A stretch of 64,000 nt of DNA, taken from assembly GCA_964252035.1 (NCBI GenBank), contig OZ176206.1; one strand, written 5' to 3'. Origin of the DNA: Podarcis erhardii. Lineage: Eukaryota. Below the pieces are notes generated by a model. It saw only the letters and a program-made list of their open reading frames with translations. It had not been told where the DNA came from and did no database searches. The stretch's first letter is position 1; each line of letters begins with the position of its first letter. Below are positions 39,015 through 51,820 of the stretch, in pieces. The position numbers were made by a program, and so were the translations under genes.

Positions 39015-39143
39015 ACTTCCGCTCCGGAGAGGGGGGGCGAAACGCACGGCGCGGGAGTGGGCTCCAGGGGGCGCTGTGGCGTTGCCCTGCGCGCCGGCGC
39101 CTAGAGGTTCCCTGTGGAAACCGGGGAGGAAGCGCGGAGGCAG
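39015..39143 (+). other. CIAO1: CIAO1 non-coding exon 1 (5' end approximate)
   Basis: Donor CAG|GTAGGA at 39143; the coding exon at 41800 has an acceptor. Confidence 0.6.
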
Positions 39144-39301
39144 GTAGGAGGCAGCGGAGCTGGGTGGCTTCCTTGGGCTGCTGGAGCCGAAGGCACACGG
39201 TTCTTTCCCCCCTTTAATTCCCACAACAACCCTGTGAGGCCCCCAGTGGGCGTCATGGCTAATGGGGGGGAGGGGGAGAGCTGGACCCTGCTCTCCCAGC
39301 C

Positions 39302-39437
39302 CAGGCACAGGCGAACTCGGCCCTCCAGATGTTGTGGGACTACAACTCCCATCATCCCTAGCTACCAGGACCGGTGGTCAGGGATGATGGGAGTTGTAGT
39401 CCCACAACATCTGGAGGGCCGAGTTTGCCTGTGCCTG
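39302..39437. mobile_element. 136-bp palindromic hAT MITE, sister of the 34187 copy
   Basis: Same TIR; 8-bp flanks TCCCAGCC/TCCTAGCC. Confidence 0.9.
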
Positions 39438-39525
39438 TCCTAGCCCGACACTCCGCTGCACTGCTCTGGCTCTCTCATCCAGCTACCAGACTAGACTTGC
39501 AGCAGGAGTCCTTTACTACCATTTA

Positions 39526-39778
39526 CAGGGGTACCTCGCAAGACGAATGCCTCGTAAGACGAAAAACGCGCAAGACGAAAGGTTTTTTCGTTTTTTGAGT
39601 TGCTTCGCAAGACAATTTTCCCTATGGGCTTGCTTTGCAAGACGAAAACGTCTTGCAAGTTTGTTTCCTTTTTCTTACAACCGTTAATACCCAGGGAATC
39701 CGCGCTCCGCAAGACGAAAAAATCGCAAGACGAAACAACTCGCAGAACGAATTAATTTCGTCTTGCGAGGCACCACTG
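39526..39778. mobile_element. Tc1/mariner-pogo MITE, same family as 28521 in opposite orientation
   Basis: TIR CAGGGGTACCTCGCAAGA / TCTTGCGAGGCACCACTG, TA flanks. Confidence 0.9.
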
Positions 39779-40994
39779 TATCTCTTTTCTTTTATGCCGA
39801 AGACACAGCTGTTAGAACTTCCTAGTCCAGAGGCAGAATACCTTTGCATAGGAAACTGCACGAGTAAAATAAAAGAGAAGAGCCGCTGCTCTCAGAGGCA
39901 TCTGCTTAGCTGCTACAGGAAGTGAGATGCTATACTAAGTTGAGCCTTGCTTTGGCCAAGAAGGAGAAGTGCAGCGTAGGGATAGATATGGCTGCATATA
40001 GGTGATAGCTGTGAATGAACTGTTGTGTACAGAGGCTGTGGAAACGAGTGACGCTGGGAGTGATCAGTAAGGTTTGGTTGTTGGTCCTGATCTGATGCCC
40101 CACTTTGTGGCTCCCTGGAAGCACTGGCTGAGCTCTTTGGGAAATAGGATGCCAGACTCGGTGGGATCTCACTGTGAGCCAGCAAGGTTCGCACACAAAC
40201 ACACACACAAATCTTTTTTCGCTGGATAGCTAACTCCTGTGGTTTTGGATGTAGCTCGAAGTGTGTATTTTTCTTGGCCCCCACCCCACCCTCTGCAGTG
40301 GTTTGATTCTATAAATGTTGACTGCATCTAACGGTCTGCTAAGAAGTCTATTTTGGAAATTAATAAATAATGCAATAGGAATTGGGGTTTATTTCCGGCA
40401 TGTTCTTAGGTACTGCACATTATATATAGCTGCGGAAAAAAATAAACTCATAAAATTGTAGAGTTAGAAGTGACCCTGGTTATCACCTACTCCAATCTCC
40501 TGTAATACAGGAATCACAGCTAACGGGTTACATACTAAATCAAACCAGAGAAATGTAATGTTGAATTGTGTGATATATTTCTTCTTCAATTTGAATATTC
40601 TTTTCCTTTCCTTTTGAATGACATTCTCAACAAATGTTTTACCAGGCCTTAATTCAAATCATGTAGCTTCTGAGAGCCACATAAAACTAACCCTCAACAG
40701 CAGTGTTCCCAATTAGTGGTCCACCAAATCCACCCAGGAGGTCTGTGGCACATACCTATCAACTGTCTGGTACATCTCAATTTGGGGTGCCCTCCTCTCC
40801 CACAGGTCATGCATCCCAGTTTGCATTGGGACATGTTGGAGGGTATGGTGGCACCATTCACATAACAAAAACTCCCACAGAGATACCAACAGTTTCAAAG
40901 GCTTGGCTTTTGGAAAACATGGTCTTCAGTACTTAGCTACAGGCTTGTGGCCCTTGTCCTCCTGTGATCACAGAGTCAAAAGGAAACCTACATA

Positions 40995-41270
40995 CCATAT
41001 TTTTTCGCCCCATAGGGCGCACCGGCCCATAGGGCGCACCTAGGGGTTTTTTTTGGGGGGGGGAATAAAGAAAAAAAAGCTTCCTGAGCTTCCCCTGACC
41101 CCAGCCCCCAGAACAGGCTGCTATCTGCAAGCCTAGGGAGCCCGGCAGGAAGTCGCGCCGGGCTCCCAAGGGTTGCAGAGAGCTGCCTAAAGCCCACGGC
41201 GCGCTCTTCAGTGCGCCCCGGGCTTCGGGACGCAGGCAGCTCTGCACAACCCTTTCTTCCCTTGTTTCTT
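40995..41270. mobile_element. Partial MITE of the CCGTATTTTTCG family
   Basis: Left end ta|ccatattttttcgccccatagggcgcacc matches the 27325 element; no right TIR found. Confidence 0.7.
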
Positions 41271-41826
41271 CCCTTGTCTGCAAACACACAGTTCTGTAGT
41301 GTACCAGTTACCAAACTTTCTGCCCCTCCCCACAAGGACCACTTGAAACTTGCTGATGATGTTAGTGGACTACTTTAATGATTTTTCTGCCCATTGTAGC
41401 AATTGTATTGCACTGTGCTAGATACTGTATACTTTTAAATTGCATTTTTATTGATTGTCCTATTGCACTGTAGTTTATATTCCGTAGAATTCAAATCATA
41501 ATGCAATAAAAGAAATAAAAGAAGCAATAACAATAAATATTACTATTGGATGAAGACATGATGTGACCCACTGGAGTGAAGGTTGCAGATCACAGTTTTA
41601 AAACCCTTGCATAATGCAAAAGGCATGTGGGCTGCATGCCTGGAGGATTTTCATTACACACCTTGATAAAATAAAGGCTTTATTCTGCAGTTGCAAATCG
41701 ATGTTAGAATGCTGGGCACTCTTGTTCAGGAGATGCCTGAATTGCAAGTTTTTAAATCATTCTTATTTTTTGTTGGTCTCATTCTTTGCTGCTTCATAGG
41801 TTCTGCGGGGACTGTTTGGTGTTATG

Positions 41827-41965
41827 ATGAAGGATTCCCTGACACTTTTGTCTCGCATCCCAGCACACCCAGATTCCCGGTGCTGGTTTCTCGCTTGGAA
41901 CCCTACAGGGAGTCTCTTGGCTTCCTGTGGTGGGGACCGTAGCATTCGAATATGGGGGAAAGAAG
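41827..41965 (+). CDS. CIAO1: CIAO1 first coding exon (acceptor at 41800; extra in-frame ATG at 41824)
   Basis: [46 protein letters not shown], 139 bp. Confidence 0.96.
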
Positions 41966-42593
41966 GTGAGCTAGTCTGCCAGTTTGGACTGCAATCCTAA
42001 CATAATTTACTTCACCTCAATGGGACTGAGTAGACATGGTTCAGATTGCTCTCCTTGTTGTCATTCCTTGAAAGTAGGGGGGGAGAAACAGGCAACCAAG
42101 TCTTTGGTCAAGAGTGTTCATTGTGCAATTAGGAGAAGCATTGCACTCTGAATTCCATGCTGCATCTTATGCTGGGAGGGTAGAGAGAGACTTGTGACCC
42201 ACCTATAGATGAAAGACAGGTGTCAGGAATCTTTGGACCTCCTATCCCTTGGCCATTGGCCATGAATTTCTGTCATCCCATATCAGTGCCTAGGCCTGCT
42301 TAAGACAGCTATGACAAAAAAGAGTGTGCCGGTGCCAAAGGGGAGTTGAGTGGGCAGGACTTTATTAGATCTCTTTCCCCCATGATGCTTTTTAACTCAG
42401 GTGGCGGTAATAGCAGCTCTTGATTTTTCTGGGTAGTTTAGGTGGATCTGATCCCAGTGTAAAGCTGAACCAGGTAAACGCCTCTCTAACTTGGTTTATG
42501 TAGTGACCTCTGAGGTGCCAGGAGGAGCGAGAAGGACTCTCCAGTGGACCCAGAGATGTGTCACAGCTCCTAACTGGCTTTCTCTCTTGGCAG

Positions 42594-42742
42594 GTGATAC
42601 CTGGGTGTGCAAGTCTGTTCTGGGTGAGGGACACCAGAGAACTATCCGCAAGGTGGCCTGGTCCCCCTGTGGGAACTACCTGGCTTCTGCCAGTTTTGAT
42701 GCTACCACCTGCATTTGGAAGAAGAACCATGAGGATTTTGAG
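42594..42742 (+). CDS. CIAO1: CIAO1 coding exon 2
   Basis: [49 protein letters not shown], 149 bp. Confidence 0.97.
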
Positions 42743-43095
42743 GTGTCTTGAATCTCCCTTTTGGTTTTGTTGCTGCTGCTGCTTTTCTCATACTTTTCAG
42801 TAGATTAAAATCTGTCACAATTGAATACATGCACACATGCAAACACATAACACATAGCCAGAAACCGTCCAGATCTTGCTGGACTCCAGCTCCTGTCAGC
42901 CCCAGCCTGTATGACCAATGCTCATAGATAGTGGGATTTGTAATCCAACACTGTCTGGAAGGCACCATTTCTGCTGCCTCCAGCAATAGGAAATGTTTGT
43001 TGTGTTTTCAGGTGTATCATCCTGCCACATTGTCCGGTTTTCACACAATTTCCTGGTTACCCTTCTCTTAGCCATATCCCTTTTTCTCTTTGCAG

Positions 43096-43207
43096 TGTGC
43101 AGCCACTCTGGAGGGCCATGAGAATGAGGTGAAGTCTGTGTCATGGGCACCATCTGGCAGCCTTCTGGCCACTTGCAGCCGAGACAAAACTGTCTGGGTT
43201 TGGGAAG
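43096..43207 (+). CDS. CIAO1: CIAO1 coding exon 3
   Basis: [37 protein letters not shown], 112 bp. Confidence 0.96.
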
Positions 43208-43453
43208 GTGAGAGCCGCAAAAGTGTTTTGAGAGGATGAAGCTGGGGCAAAAGGAATTGGGATTTTCACTGTGTGTGAATATACTTGATGCATGATGGCT
43301 GGAGCACAGACATGGGAGGGAATCATAGAACTGTAGCGTTGGAGATGACCCCAAGGCTCATCTAGTCAAACACCTTACGGTGCAGAAATCACTGCTGAGA
43401 AGTGCCTTGTTTCTTAAACTGTTCCCCTGCATCCCCCTTCTTCTGTGCTGCAG

Positions 43454-43542
43454 TGGACGAAGAGGATGAATACGAGTGCATGAGTGTCTTGAATTCCCAC
43501 ACGCAGGATGTCAAGCATGTTGTCTGGCATCCCAACCAAGAG
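43454..43542 (+). CDS. CIAO1: CIAO1 coding exon 4
   Basis: VDEEDEYECMSVLNSHTQDVKHVVWHPNQE, 89 bp. Confidence 0.97.
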
Positions 43543-44099
43543 GTGAGTGTTCCCTTCCCGTATGGCGGACAGCTGGTATCCTTGGGGCGTGGTGTCTTGG
43601 AGACCTATCAAATGGCTGGTCTCTAACCAGGGCAGTGTTTCTATAGCCCCCTGTCATAACTGTAAACATTTATATTTCTGTCCTTCCTGCCCCCTCCCAT
43701 TGAAGCCTTATAGCCCTCCTAATCGAACAAGAATACCCTTGTGTTGCAATTTTTGCACTCAGTTGCTGCAGCCTCCTGATGCTAATGGGGTGTGTGGACT
43801 GGAGGATTCATTTCAACATGGGCATTTGAAGTAAGACAGGAATGACATGGCTGATCCATAAAACTGCATCCAGGGAATTGTAATGAGTACATAGCAGCAG
43901 CTCTCGTTGGGCTTCCCAAATCAGACAGTGGGAAGATGGTCATCCCCTCCAACTCAGGGTGGATTAGGGAGAGACCTTTGTGCAAGGAGCCCTGTCCACT
44001 CAGGGCCTGGCTGGCAGAGGGAAGAAGACTCCTCAGGAGCCGGTCCTTCCAAGGGCTGACCCAGCACATTTTGCTGCCTGGGGCAAAGGATCAAATGAG

Positions 44100-44390
44100 G
44101 TTGGCATTCAACCTTTATTTCCTTGACATCTGATGGGAGGGCATTCCACAGGGTGGGCACCACTACTGAGAAGGCCCTCTGTTTGGTTCCCTGTAACCTC
44201 ACTTTCTCGCAGTGAGGGAAGCGCCAGGAGGCCCTCGGAGCTGGACCTCAGTGTCCGGGCTGAACGATGGGAGTGGAGACGCTCCTTCAGGTATACTGGG
44301 CCGAGGCCATTTAAGGCTTTAAAGGTCAGCACCAACACTTGGTATTGTGCTCGGAAACATACTGGGAGCCAATGTAGGTCTTTCAGCAAG
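44100..44390 (-). mobile_element. L2 3' fragment
   Basis: LHWLPVCFRAQYQVLVLTFKALNGLGPVYLKERL. Confidence 0.85.
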
Positions 44391-44926
44391 GGCTGAGAGG
44401 CTGCAGTGTTTGCTTCACCCACTCTGAAGGAGGGATGGAGGCAAAAGGCTGTTCATCACCCTCCTTGGTGTGACCACCAGCAGTGGGGCTTTGTCATCTT
44501 CACAGCTTAGGTCTGTATTCCTGCTGCTTCTCTGTGGATCTGTTTCTCCTGGAAACTACTGCAGGATCCTTGATATCTTTGTTGCCCTCAGGCAAGGATT
44601 GCCAAAGTGGTTTGCCCCCCACCCCACCCCCATGTTGCTCAGCTGAAACTCTCATCCTCCATGACTGTTCTGACTGGAATTGATGGGCATGGGAGTCCAA
44701 CATCACCTAGAAGAGAAGGCACACCACTGGCTACCCATACCCTAAGTGCTGTAAACATGCTTTTGGCTTTAAAATAAATTCCGGGGTTATCAGGGAGCTG
44801 AGCTTTGTGTCTTACACAACATTCTGCATTCCCCTCCATGCTCTCATTGAACAGCCCTGCTCTCAGTTTTGCTCCAGAGGTGTTTTGTTCCAACACTTAC
44901 CTGTGATTTTTCCTTTCCATTACCAG

Positions 44927-45128
44927 CTATTGGCATCAGCGAGTTATGATGACACTGTGAAATTGTACCGGGAGGAAGAGGACGACTGGGTGTGTTTTAC
45001 CACCCTAGAAGGGCATGAGTCCACGGTGTGGAGCCTGGCCTTTGACCACAGTGGGGAGCGCCTGGCCTCCTGCAGCGATGACAAGACAGTGCGCATTTGG
45101 CGCCAGTATAAGCCGGGCAATGAGCAAG
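44927..45128 (+). CDS. CIAO1: CIAO1 coding exon 5
   Basis: [40 protein letters not shown]...PGNEQ, 202 bp. Confidence 0.97.
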
Positions 45129-45780
45129 GTCAGTGGCATTTGCAAAGATGGAATGTATCTGTTCAAGGAATTGGATCTGCCTAGTTTTCCAAGGGCCATA
45201 GCAGCTAAGATTTGAAGTTTTTGTTGCTGGGGCAGCTGAGCCACCCTAAGGAATTGGCTTCTGTAGGGTCTGAAGAGCTGTTACTGGTGGCAGTGTAGAA
45301 GTGCAGCCTCTCTTGGGCTTTCCACTGCTGTTTTTTCATTAGGTCAAGGATGTTGTTTGACTCTGCCTCCTATTACCTGCAGTCAGCATAGCCAGTGGTC
45401 AGGAATGATGGGAGCTGTAGTCCAGCAGTGCTTAGGGGACCACAGGTTCCATATTACATAGCTAAAATCAACCACCACCACACATGCCAATAGTAAATGC
45501 CATTCTCTGTGGGCTGGTTCTGAAGTATGCAAAGCTACAGCATCCACAAACAAGAAGCACCAAGGTTTGCAGATACACAAAAAAATATTTAGGAAAACAG
45601 CCTAAGGCTGATAGCTCAGTGAGAAATGGGCATGCTCCTTGGACACAAAATGCTGGTGGTGGTGTGGAAGTAAGTCAGTATTATTTTCCCCTATATTACA
45701 TATGGGGAACCTGGGGCTGAGAGAGCATTTATTCCTGCCTAAGGCTCAATGAGTTTGTGATAGAGGTGATGTTTGAACAG

Positions 45781-45782
<2 letters not shown>

Positions 45783-45822
<40 letters not shown>
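45783..45822. repeat. (GT)n microsatellite
   Basis: Read directly from the sequence. Confidence 0.95.
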
Positions 45823-45823
<1 letters not shown>

Positions 45824-46445
45824 CACGTTCAAATTTACAGCTCAAAATCTTAGCCACTGTGCTATATTACCTCTCCATACAGATTCTCTGAATACAGACA
45901 CACACATACACAATTTTGTATTCTTTCATCTTCTTTAACTTCTAGTCTTTGTGATGGTGGAGATGCCTGAAGCATGGAAGTGTTATCTGAAAAGGGGGTT
46001 TGGGTAGGGAAGGCAAGTGTCTCAGCTCTTATCACTGAACCCTTGTTGAGTAAAAACTGTAGTGGGAGGGGAGGAGTGAACCCTATTCTGCCCAATCTCA
46101 TGAGAGAGTGCAGTTATGAGAATCTGTGTGGAAGTTGGAGCAATCTAGAGTTAATTAAGTGGTGTTTGAAAAGTTCAGTTCTAGGGTTTTAGTACTTAAG
46201 TTGAAGTGCTGACCAAAGACAAGACTTAGGTGTGTCAGAATCTTCTTGCTCCAGGATGTAAATGGGGAACTTTGCAGCTTCTGCACCCAGTGGTGACACT
46301 GCTTCCTTCCATACACTTTAGTTTCTGAAGTGAAAAAGCATTGGTGGGGTCTGTAGAGCTTCAAGTTGCCTCTCTTTGCAAGAAGCTTTTGGCCTATGAA
46401 GCAAAGCAGACAGGCTCAGCCTAAGGAGTTGTTTGTGTGTTGCAG

Positions 46446-46533
46446 GTGTTGTCTGCAATGGCACAGATCCTACCTGGAAATGTATCTGCACCCTTTCTGG
46501 CTTCCACACAAGAACCATCTACGACGTGGCATG
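46446..46533 (+). CDS. CIAO1: CIAO1 coding exon 6
   Basis: VVCNGTDPTWKCICTLSGFHTRTIYDVAW, 88 bp. Confidence 0.96.
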
Positions 46534-46710
46534 GTGAGTGTACACGGTAGGGGAGAAGTCTTGTGTAGCAGCTTGCAAGTCATTCTGGGGACCAGTCAAT
46601 CTGTTCCAGTCAAGTGGTAAAGCTTTTCTGTGATTGTATCACAGGATCTTTGCACAGATCACCAGTGTGTTCAGGCCCATAGTCCATTCTTTTCGTTTCA
46701 TCCTCTGCAG

Positions 46711-46951
46711 GTGCCAGCTAACGGGAGCTTTAGCCACAGCTTGTGGAGATGATGCCATCAGAATATTTGAGGAGGAGCTGCACTCAGACCCCCACCAGCC
46801 CACTTTCACCCTTACTGTCCACATGGCCCGGGCTCACTCCCAGGATGTGAACTGTGTGGCCTGGAACCCGAAGGAGCCTGGGCTGCTGGCTTCATGCAGC
46901 GATGATGGAGAGATGGCATTTTGGAAATACCAGCGCCCTGAGGTCTGCTGA
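46711..46951 (+). CDS. CIAO1: CIAO1 last coding exon
   Basis: CQLTGALATACGDDAIRIFEE...FWKYQRPEVC*, 241 bp; total CDS 1020 nt = 339 aa WD40 protein. Confidence 0.97.
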
Positions 46952-47658
46952 GGGTCCAAATTTCCCAGGTCCCTCTGACAATAACACAGTTCTAGTAGTG
47001 TAACAGTGGCACACCTGTGGGCAGCAAGCTGGACTGCATCCCCTCTGTAAAGGCAATTAAAAAGGTGGTATCATGTAACCTTGTTCTGAAGTACCTCCCC
47101 CCTTTCCACAAGAGCTGCTGTGCCAGAGCTAACACCTAGTGCGGGCAGCGGAGGGCGGCTGGGTCTTCTGCGCAGATTCATGTTGTTGACCAAACAGGGT
47201 CTTGTCTTGCAGCTGGGTAGAAAATCCCCCAACTACATAGGCTGGGTTTTCTTAGCTTCATCCCTCCTTTAAAACAAAGCCAGGGTTGCCTGCAGAAAGA
47301 CTGGCCTGCTGATTAGGCGTTTCTTACCAGTTGGGAAGCAACAGGCTTTGTAACTGCTGGTTTTGTACTAAAATGTGGTTGTATGAGATGTAGGTTTGGA
47401 TTGGGAGGTGGGGAGGTGGTGCTGCAGAGGGAGAAGAGCAGTTCTGAGCAAATGAGCTTGTGACACAAGTAAAATTTATTTTGACCATGTGCTATTGTAT
47501 GTTTGCTCCCATCTCTAAATGGGTTTTTATGTTAAAAATACAACTAAGACTTTGCCATGTCAACTACTTATTTGACATACAGGGGTCACCATCCAAGAGA
47601 GAAAAGTGCTGTTCAGCTATCAGAAATTAGTTGGCAATTTCTAGATCACCTAGTGACC

Positions 47659-48218
47659 TTCTAGATCAAGGGAAGTAATAGTGCCACTGTATTCTGCTCT
47701 GGTCAGACCTCACCTGGAGTACTGTGTCCAGTTCTGGGCACCACAGTTCAAGAAGGACACTGAGAAACTGGAACGTGTCCAGAGGAGGGCAACCAAAATG
47801 GTCAAAGGCCTGGAAACGATGCCTTATGAAGAACGGCTAAGGGAGCTGGGCATGTTTAGCCTGGAGAAGAGGAGGTTAAGGGGTGATATGATAGCCATGT
47901 TCAAATATATAAAAGGATGTCACATAGAGGAGGGAGAAAGGTTGTTTTCTGCTGCTCCAGAGAAGCGGACACGGAGCAATGGTTCCAAACTACAAGAAAA
48001 AAGATTCCACCTAAACATTAGGAAGAACTTCCTGACCGTAAGAGCTGTTCGACAGTGGAATTTGCTGCCAAGGAGTGTGGTGGAGTCTCCTTCTTTGGAG
48101 GTCTTTAAGCAGAGGCTTGACAACCATATGTCAGGAGTGCTCTGATGGTGTTTCCTGCTTGGCAGGGGGTTGGACTCGAAGGCCCTTGTGGTCTCTTCCA
48201 ACTCTATGATTCTATGAT
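47659..48218 (+). mobile_element. CR1 LINE 3' end, young
   Basis: Uninterrupted [25 protein letters not shown]...LDNHMSGVL*; TCTATGAT repeat tail. Confidence 0.93.
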
Positions 48219-49266
48219 TTGCCCGGCTGATTCCAAAAATGAAAATGCCAACATAGCTCAGCAAAAATGGGTTGAGTTGTCCTTGTCAGTTCATTTCCCC
48301 CCTCATTATAAAATGTGTGGGAGTTTCCTCATGGGAAAGGTATTGTTTTCTCATCCGTGTCAAATACTTCAAGGGATAGGTTGTTTCACAAAAAATTCTG
48401 CATGAATTGCAACCTCAGAAGGCAGAGGGAGGAGTCAAGGAGCCCTGGTTGAAATGATTTCCAAACTCCCTCTATATGGTACTGTCTTTTGGGTTCTTGT
48501 AAGCACTTCAAGATGGTGGTGCTCATAGCTCTCCCCATTTTATCCACAAAGCAACCTTGTGATGTTGGTTAAGCTGAGACACAGTGACTAAAGCCCATGT
48601 CACCTAGTGACCTTCATGACCAAGGTGATCTTTGAATTCTGCTCTGTCCAAGACTCTAATAACCACTACATCATGCTGACTCTCCCTGGACACATTTGTT
48701 AGGGCTGATGAAAGTTGGGTTCCATCACTATCTGGAAGGCTGGAACAAGGTAACGCAAAGGAATTGTTTCCAAAGAGATATTTGTGATAGTCTGTTGCAG
48801 CACAAAACAAATTGGAAAGTCAACTAATTGCAGAGACAAGTATATTAGTTTTGCATGAAGAAACACATGTATTGATTCTGCCAGCAAGGTAATATTAGAT
48901 GCCTACACTAGAGAGCAGAGACATAGCCACAGATGGCTGTGCTGCTGTTTCATATTCTCCAATCAGGATAACTTTCTTGCTCATGCTAGGGCATCTTAAT
49001 TAGCTTCCTGCACCCGAGATAGGATCCTAATTACAAGCCAGAAAAGCAAATGTCAAAGACATACTTCAAACCAGGGCTAGGACAATGGGACAGCCCAAAA
49101 GGCTGCGTGTGGTAAAAATACATGTAGAGAAAGTCTAGGACTGGGGTAGTCAGCCTTTTTATACCTACCGCCCACTAATGCATCTTTCTTGATGGTAAAA
49201 TTTCCTTACCACCCACCAGTGCTCGATGGAAGCAGGATTCAGCTTGTGCCGTAGAACACCCTACCG

Positions 49267-49389
49267 TAAGGTTACCAAATGTCCCCATTTCCCAGAGACA
49301 GTCCCCAGATTTACAAACCAGTCCCCATACAAAATCCATTGAAGTTGGAAAATGTCCCCGGATTCATTGAAAAAAAATTGGTAACCTTA
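49267..49389. mobile_element. hAT MITE
   Basis: TIR TAAGGTTACCA / TGGTAACCTTA; 8-bp flanks CCCTACCG/CCCTACCA. Confidence 0.85.
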
Positions 49390-49505
49390 CCCTACCACCC
49401 ACCTAGAATCCTGAAACGCCCACTAGTGGGTGGTAGGAAACAGGTTGACAACTCCTGGTCTAGGAACTAGTTCCCTCTCCCACAAGAAGGTTGTTCCTAA
49501 AGATC

Positions 49506-49511
49506 TTTATT
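49506..49511 (-). terminator. Probable SNRNP200 poly(A) signal
   Basis: AATAAA on - strand about 300 nt after the stop codon. Confidence 0.65.
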
Positions 49512-49809
49512 GGGGAAAACAAGTAGGAACACAGCAGAACCAACTGAGTCCACTCACATAAAAATACTGTGCACAAAACTTTTTGAGTTGCTCAGAGTTA
49601 AAAAAACACACAAACAAACAGGAAGGGCAGAGGTAATTTCTCGAATGCCAGTTGAAAGTGAACAGAAACAGTCAAGTACGGAGTAACCTAACTCTCCAGC
49701 CAGCAGGAAGCAGAAGTTCACAAACGTCTCTAGAAGCAGATACTGTGGACATCCCATTCCATGGAGGCTCAGAACTGCACTCATACAAGACAGAAGGTGA
49801 AGGCCCAGC

Positions 49810-49953
<144 letters not shown>

Positions 49954-51366
49954 CTAAAAGGAGACAGAGCATGAACTGGGGTGTGAAGGGTTTGCTCCAC
50001 AAGGAAGAGATGGGGTGAGAAGCAAGCTCAGAGGAATGAGGCTCCAAGCACACCCTGTGCTGATAGCTGGGCAGGAAGGAACTGGAAAGGTCGCCCTCTG
50101 ATATGAGGGTATAGACATTGATATGACCTGCCTAGCAGAGCAAGTGGCAGAAACAACCCATTCCAGGATTCCCACCTCCTTGCAGGGGGCCCTTTGCAGA
50201 CTACTCTTCATTTTGAAGTGTCAGATTTTCTGTCAATCAGTGACAGTTATGATAAGCAGGACTGTGGGTATTCTGCAATTCAACAGAATGCAGGAAACAC
50301 AAGGAAATTGGCATTGGGCGTAAGCTGCTGCTTCTAGCAAGTCTACCCTCCCTCTCACTCTTATTGCATGGGGTGACACTTGCGGCCCTCCAAATGTTGC
50401 TGAACTACCTCCCATCAGCCCATGGGAGTTGCAATTCAGCAACAGGTGTCCCCACCCCTGCCTTACTGCAAAGCCATGTTTTAAAGTGTGTGTACAAGGC
50501 CTGCTAGAATCCCAGAAGCTGCAGGAGATGGGTTTTCAGCCCAATCAACGATCAGCAAACCCCAATTTGCATGTGCTACATAGATCACATAGTACACTTG
50601 GATTTCCTGGGGCCAGGAGGAGTCCAGACCCTTGAATATAAGCACAATTTTATTTTCAGTAATCCCAAACTTATCTTATAATCTGAAAAAAAATGTTGAG
50701 ACCAGTAATACCACGACATGGTCAATAAAGCCAACAAAAATCAGACTGCTGCAAGGTGTGTCAAGCTGTCCTTTTGGGAGGAGTATGAGTTAGCTAAGGA
50801 TCCCACCTCCAACATCCCACACACTACCCATCCTCCTCCACCACCCCCACATGAATTCTACATGTACTATTCCTGTGATCCAAAATACGGGTTTATGGGG
50901 TGGGGGTTTAGACGTTGAATCTTAGTCAAAGCTCTCCCCTGACATGGTTGCAAGAGTAGAGCAGGCCTCTCTGGGGGTTGGGGAGCTAGTTTTACTGTGC
51001 CGTCCACTATGTCCCTTCCTGCTGCTTCAGCAGGTTTTCTGAGCTGCTCAATTTTTCTGTTTGCAGCTAAGAGGCAGAAAAGAATCTCAATTGTTTTACA
51101 TGAGTGATTGCCTGGATCGCTGTTACGCTGCACCCTGTGGGAGGCCAAAGAAGCCACACCCTTATGGTCTCCCTCACTGGATGACTTTAACCTCCCCTTT
51201 TGCTTGATAATTCTGTCCCATTGGCCAAAAAGCAGGAGGTCCTTGACCTACAATGCTGAGGATGCCCTGGCCTAACATAAGGCTCATGACAGCAGCAATT
51301 ATGCCTGCACATAAGGCTCTTCTAGAGGTGAAATGAGATCATCATGGTTGTTCCCAGATCACTCAC

Positions 51367-51459
51367 CTTAGCCTTCTGCTGCAGCGTCAGTCTCTTGATG
51401 GAGATAAGGCTGTTGGATTTGGAGTCTCCAATCACCACCCACCAGCCTTCCTCACGTTT
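51367..51459 (-). CDS. SNRNP200: SNRNP200 exon 44
   Basis: [31 protein letters not shown], 93 bp. Confidence 0.96.
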
Positions 51460-51613
51460 CTGCAGATGAGAGGGGGAAAGTGAGGAAGACGACTTGTGAC
51501 ATCCTCTCTGTCCCTCTGCATCACAACCCTGTAGGTTCCAGCCCCATCCTACCCTTTGCCTCCCACAAGTGGGCCCAGCTGGATGGCATCAAGCACAGGC
51601 TGGGCAGGACTCA

Positions 51614-51820
<207 letters not shown>

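Larger units (their letters stand above)
38100..39250. promoter_or_regulatory. Bidirectional CpG-island promoter of TMEM127/CIAO1
   Basis: ETS CACTTCCGCTTCCGG at about 38576; GACGTCAC at about 38605; ZNF143/Staf site GCATGCTGGGAATCGTAGTTT at 38979-38999; CGTCACTTCCG at about 39010. Confidence 0.88.

Noticed and set aside
38126-39443. Many overlapping 80-180 aa ORFs (also at 20649-21698)
   Set aside because: Stop-poor GC-rich CpG-island sequence and MITE palindromes; low-complexity peptides with no recognisable domain
41824-41829. Tandem ATGATG at the CIAO1 start
   Set aside because: Same frame, one-residue difference. The second ATG has A at -3 and matches the conserved start.
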